Origin: Syntrophorhabdaceae bacterium
Lineage (GTDB): Bacteria > Desulfobacterota > Syntrophorhabdia > Syntrophorhabdales > Syntrophorhabdaceae
Direction of reading: 5' to 3'
NCBI GenBank assembly: GCA_963666485.2
Contig: CAXXUO010000007.1
Location: 1-10,595 of the forward strand
DNA length: 10,595 nucleotides
In this document: one piece after another, positions 6,955-10,595 of the stretch
How positions within the stretch are numbered: the first letter of the stretch is position 1
Layout of the letters: each line of letters begins with the position of its first letter
Notes under the pieces: generated by a model
Seen by the model: the letters and a program-made list of their open reading frames with translations, nothing else
Database searches by the model: none
What the model was told of the DNA's origin: nothing
Program-made: the position numbers and the translations under genes

Positions 6955-8733
6955 GTGGATATAAGGCAGGAAGTTGTCATAGGAAACCAGGCGATCGCAC
7001 GGGGCCTTGTCGAGGCGGGGCTCGAGATCGCTGCTGCATATCCCGGGACCCCGAGTTCCGAGATCCTCCCCGGTGTCGTTTATTTCAAGAACCGGGAAGG
7101 GTTGGCCATACATACCGAATGGTCGTCGAACGAACTGTGCGCGTTCGAGGTCGCCTTCGGGGCAGCGGCATACGGGGGAGTGCGCGCCGCGTGCTTCATG
7201 AAGCAGGTCGGTCTCAACGTTGCGTTCCCGGCACTGCTCAAGGCACGCGAAAAAGTTCTCGAGGGCGGACTGGTCATAGTCTCCTGTGACGATCCGGGCC
7301 CGCAGTCTTCCCAGACGGAGCAGGACACCCGTCTTCTCGCCGCTCTCTATGGCATCCCTGTTTTCGACCCGGCATCCCCCGGGGAAGCCGCCGATGTCGC
7401 GTATTATGCGCTCGACTGGTCCTTTAAAAATAAAGTCCCCGTCATTATTCGTTCGACCCACAGGGTGAGCCATGCCCGTCAATCAATTGACCTCTATAAA
7501 CCCGGTACGCGTGACGTCACACTGCGAGAGGGTGTCTGTGCAGGGGCGGGTCAAAAACTCGGGATCGTCGCATCGGGCATGAGTTATTCGCTCGTCAGCG
7601 ATGTTATCGAAGAACTGGGAGCGGGGAAAGATGTATCTGTTTACAAGGTCCTCAGGGTATACCCCCAGTCCGAAGATCTGAGCGATTTCGTCGTGTCCAT
7701 GGACGAGGTCCTCGTCATCGAAGAGACGGACATGGTCATCGAATCCCTCCTCGGGATGCGGCAGAAAGTGATGGGCAGGGCGGACGGCACGGTACCGTCG
7801 TCCGGTGAGATAACCTATGATATCGTGCGCGACATACTCTCCGGGATCTTACGGGAGATCGGCACGGTAAAGACCTTCGTTCCCGACACGGGCATCGAGG
7901 CGGCCCTTTCCGATATCGCCATCACACCGAGGCCGCCGAAGCTGTGTCCCGGGTGTCCCCATCGGGCATCGTTTTTCGCCATGCAGCATATCTGGCCGAA
8001 CGCGATCTACCCGGGGGACATCGGGTGCTACACCCTCGGGATCTCGCAGGGAGCTGTGGATACGTGCCTCGACATGGGGGCGGGTGTCACACTTGCCGAG
8101 GGATTTTACGACGCATTTTACCAGGACGGTAAACTCGTTCCCATCCTTGCTTCTGTCGGGGATTCGACATTCCTCCATGCCTGCCTTGCGCCGCTTTACG
8201 ACGCCGTAAAGAACCATAAGAGATTTATTCTTGTGCTCATGGACAACTCCACGACCGCCATGACGGGTATGCAGCCGACACCGCAGACGGGGGTTACGGT
8301 TGACGGCATTGCGACCCGTAGCGTCGCTATTGAAGATATCGTCAAGGGTCTTGGCGTGAAGTACTTGAAGATCGTCGATCCATACGATGTTTCCCTGACC
8401 ATAGGAACACTGAAAGATGCCTTCACATACCTGCAGGGCGACGATATGCTTCCGGCCGTTGTTATAACAAGGCGGGAGTGCCTTTTGCTGCAAAAGGGAA
8501 AGGCAAAGGATGCCGCGTACCCGGTCAGGCTCGAAGAAGGCTGCATCGGGTGCAAGAGCTGTTTCAGTACGTTCGACTGCCCGGCCATTTCCTTCGATGC
8601 GGATGCGAAAAAGATCAGGATCGATGACAGCATCTGCACGAACTGCGGGATATGCTATTTCGCATGTCCGGTTCAGCCCGAAGGCAAGGACCTGAAGAAA
8701 TTTAAAGAGTCCGGCAAAGCACAGTCAAAATAA
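6955..8733 (+). CDS. iorA: Indolepyruvate:ferredoxin oxidoreductase alpha subunit (TPP- and 4Fe-4S-binding), 592 aa
   Basis: SD GGAGG (6943-6947) and GTG start. Motifs GNQAIARG, AYPGTPSSEI, MKQVGLNVA, DDPGPQSSQTEQD, RPPKLCPGCPHR, GDIGCY, GDSTFLHA..DNSTTAMTG (TPP), and C-terminal CIGCKSC..CP / CTNCGICYFACP ferredoxin motifs. Confidence 0.94.
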   Translation: MDIRQEVVIGNQAIARGLVEAGLEIAAAYPGTPSSEILPGVVYFKNREGLAIHTEWSSNELCAFEVAFGAAAYGGVRAACFMKQVGLNVAFPALLKAREKVLEGGLVIVSCDDPGPQSSQTEQDTRLLAALYGIPVFDPASPGEAADVAYYALDWSFKNKVPVIIRSTHRVSHARQSIDLYKPGTRDVTLREGVCAGAGQKLGIVASGMSYSLVSDVIEELGAGKDVSVYKVLRVYPQSEDLSDFVVSMDEVLVIEETDMVIESLLGMRQKVMGRADGTVPSSGEITYDIVRDILSGILREIGTVKTFVPDTGIEAALSDIAITPRPPKLCPGCPHRASFFAMQHIWPNAIYPGDIGCYTLGISQGAVDTCLDMGAGVTLAEGFYDAFYQDGKLVPILASVGDSTFLHACLAPLYDAVKNHKRFILVLMDNSTTAMTGMQPTPQTGVTVDGIATRSVAIEDIVKGLGVKYLKIVDPYDVSLTIGTLKDAFTYLQGDDMLPAVVITRRECLLLQKGKAKDAAYPVRLEEGCIGCKSCFSTFDCPAISFDADAKKIRIDDSICTNCGICYFACPVQPEGKDLKKFKESGKAQSK

Positions 8734-8774
8734 GGAATTTAGATCCTTAAACATACGCGGTAAAAGGGGCGAGC

Positions 8775-9708
8775 GTGGGTTCCCGGGAAGATCGGGCGAT
8801 CACAGTATCTATCGTTATCATCACAAAAAGATACGAAGGAACTCCTGAAAGGCTGTCTCGCCTCCGTTCAAAGGGATGCATCCCTCCAGCTGCTTGGCAT
8901 CGAGACGATCATCATCGACAACGCATCGACAGACGGAACGGATTCCTTGGTGCAGCAGGAATTCCCGGATGCCGTCTATATACGCAACGAGGTCAATGCC
9001 GGTTTCGCAGCCGCGGTCAACCGGGCTGGACGTACCGCCCGGGGGAAATATATCCTGTTCCTCAATTCCGATACCCTCCTCATCGAAGGCGAGATCGCGA
9101 AGATGGCCGGCATCGCGGACACGATAGACAACCTCGGCATCATGGGGCCGCAGCTCGTCTATGAAGATCTGAAGCTCCAGAGGTCGGTCGCGTCAATACC
9201 TCGATTGTCAGGCGAGGTCCTGCCCGGCTCGCAGCGGATGAAATCAGGCAGCCCGTCGCAGGAAGTGCAGGATGTCGAATCCTTGATCGGCGCCGCGATC
9301 ATGGTGCGAAAAAGCGCATTCGATGCCGTCGCCGGTTTTGACGAGCGTTTCTTCTTCTTTCTCGAGGAAACCGATTACTGTGTGCGCTTAAGGCAGGCCG
9401 GCTACCGCGTCGTCTTCTGCCCCGCCGCCCGGGTCATTCACCTCCAGGGAAAGACCGTTCGCAAGACCTGGGTCAAAGGCCGCCTGGAATACAACATCTC
9501 CCTGAGAAAATTCATCAGGAAGCATCACAGCGCCCTCTACGGTTTCGCATTCGATTCCGTCAAATTCATAAAAGCCTTGTTATTTGTCGTCTTCACGCCA
9601 TTCCTCCTCCTCGGTGAGAACTCCCGCCTGCGCTATCTCTATTACTGCAAACTCGTCGACTGGTACTTCTCCGGTTGCCCCGACACCTTCGGCCTGAAAG
9701 GAAACTGA
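8775..9708 (+). CDS. Glycosyltransferase family 2 (WbbL/rhamnosyltransferase-like), about 310 aa after correcting one +1 frameshift
   Basis: First frame ..ITVSIVIIT. Removing one A from the A5 run at 8825-8829 gives ITKDTKELLKGCLASV..IIIDNASTDGT, continuing into NAGFAAAVN, ILFLNSDT, GFDERFFFFLEETDYC and VIHLQGKT. Confidence 0.88.
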
Positions 9709-9867
9709 CGTTCCAGGTTCCACGTTCCACGTTAAAATAAAAAAGCATGCGGTCAACATCCGATATGGTCGATGCTGGCTGTCCTGTCTGACCTCAACCT
9801 TTATCTTTTAGCAGTTGAACGGTTGAACCATCTTTTAGCGTGGAACCTGGAACGTGGAACCTGGAAC
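9708..9867. repeat. Second heptamer inverted-repeat element (GTTCCAS / STGGAAC)
   Basis: Left arm: GTTCCAG GTTCCAC GTTCCAC GTTAAAA (9710-9737). Right arm: TTTTAGC GTGGAAC CTGGAAC GTGGAAC CTGGAAC (9833-9867). The spacer is about 95 bp. Confidence 0.88.
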
Positions 9868-9890
9868 CGTTTCGGCCTTTTCGTTGATCC

Positions 9891-9920
9891 TTGAACCTTT
9901 TTTCAGAAGTATGGTATAAC
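9891..9920 (+). promoter_or_regulatory. Candidate promoter of tRNA-Ser
   Basis: TTGAAC (9891-9896), 18 nt, TATAAC (9915-9920), with an extended -10 TG at 9912-9913. It ends 9 nt before the mature tRNA. Confidence 0.55.
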
Positions 9921-9929
9921 AGATGTCCT

Positions 9930-10019
9930 GGAGAGATGTCCGAGCGGCTGAAGGAGCACGATTGGAAATCGTGTGTGCGTTAACGCGTACCGAGGGTTCA
10001 AATCCCTCTCTCTCCGCCA
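9930..10019 (+). tRNA. tRNA-Ser(GGA)
   Basis: Acceptor stem GGAGAGA/TCTCTCC, discriminator G and encoded CCA. Anticodon arm CACGA-TTGGAAA-TCGTG (GGA at 9964-9966), long variable arm, T arm GAGGG-TTCAAAT-CCCTC. Length 90 nt. Confidence 0.98.
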
Positions 10020-10480
10020 GTACGACCAATTCGAACCCTTGTGCCCATCATCGAGGAGCGCAAGGGTTTTTACTTTCGTATGAGCCACATAGCGGGGCTT
10101 GAATTCGGAAATGTAGGGAATGTTCCGTTCTTTATCGACTTTAGGTTCCAGATGGACAGTTCCCAACAACTCTCTGAGTGCCTCCGCGGATAACGGAGTA
10201 TTTTTGTTCAGGGTTTCCCTGAGGTTATTCAATCTGTGATCAATCCACTCTCGTGGAGGCACCGTGAAGGTGTTCGTTTTTCTGGTATTCCATTAAATAG
10301 ATCTCTTCTTGTAGTATATCGGACAGTGGTATCTCTACCTGCTTCAATGCCTCAGAAACAGGTTTTGGGAAATTGCCTGCTTTGATATAGTTGAGGTAAT
10401 TCCAGATTTCGGATACGAGTTTATCGTGCTGTAGTTTCTTCTTTTTTATCAAGTCAGGGACATTGTCCAGTTCTTTCATA
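10017..10480 (-). pseudogene. C-terminal remnant of a probable large serine recombinase (integrase) abutting the tRNA 3' end
   Basis: Two minus ORFs join if one base is removed from the T5 run at 10277-10281 (..EYQKTNTFTVPPREWIDHRL..). The coiled-coil-like text, LRELLGTVHLEP and GSNWSYW reading into the antisense tRNA (RRERDLNPR) resemble recombinase-family C-termini as I recall them. No catalytic domain is visible, and the region is more AT-rich than the upstream genes. Confidence 0.55.
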
Positions 10481-10595
10481 GCAAGCAAGCCGGCATACGA
10501 TAAGACCAAGGTCGAATTGACAAATGTTCTTGTGGGACTTATAGGGAAGAGAATACATTGCGCTGTCTCAGACACGCCTGCAAGGTGCCGGGATA

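Noticed and set aside
5205..8639. Long minus-strand ORFs (5205-6221, 6886-7482, 7849-8493, 8196-8639)
   Set aside because: They are antisense to well-supported ior genes in moderately GC-rich coding DNA.
9835..10029. 64-aa minus ORF MVVLAEREGFEPS..
   Set aside because: It is the typical antisense translation of a tRNA gene plus heptamer repeats.
10481..10595. Open plus-strand frame at the right edge (KPAYDKTKVELTNVLVG..)
   Set aside because: It is too short, with no convincing start or recognisable motif, and cannot be called within this window.

Overview
This window is probably from an anaerobic Desulfobacterota/Syntrophorhabdus-like genome (taxonomy inferred from gene content). From left to right it holds: (1) a minus-strand DUF3300-like exported protein running off the left edge, with 42-bp coding repeats; (2) a sigma70-type promoter, an apparently leaderless leader peptide with four tandem Trp codons (MMNVQINNWWWWRKY) and an attenuator with two tandem, structurally coupled terminators; (3) a stand-alone TrpB2; (4) a heptamer inverted-repeat element; (5) a tightly coupled cluster of a small 4-Cys protein, a class I/II aminotransferase, a degenerate IorA-like paralog and IorB; (6) a CGTC-type REP doublet; (7) a catalytically intact-looking IorA; (8) a GT2 glycosyltransferase; (9) a second heptamer inverted-repeat element; (10) tRNA-Ser(GGA), followed by the C-terminal remnant of a probable large serine recombinase. 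Three genes each carry one extra base in a 5-nt homopolymer, probably a sequencing artefact. The most interesting signals are the double-terminator Trp attenuator, the complementary degeneration of the two IorA copies (possible asymmetric heterodimer), and a possible Trp/aromatic salvage role for the whole cluster.
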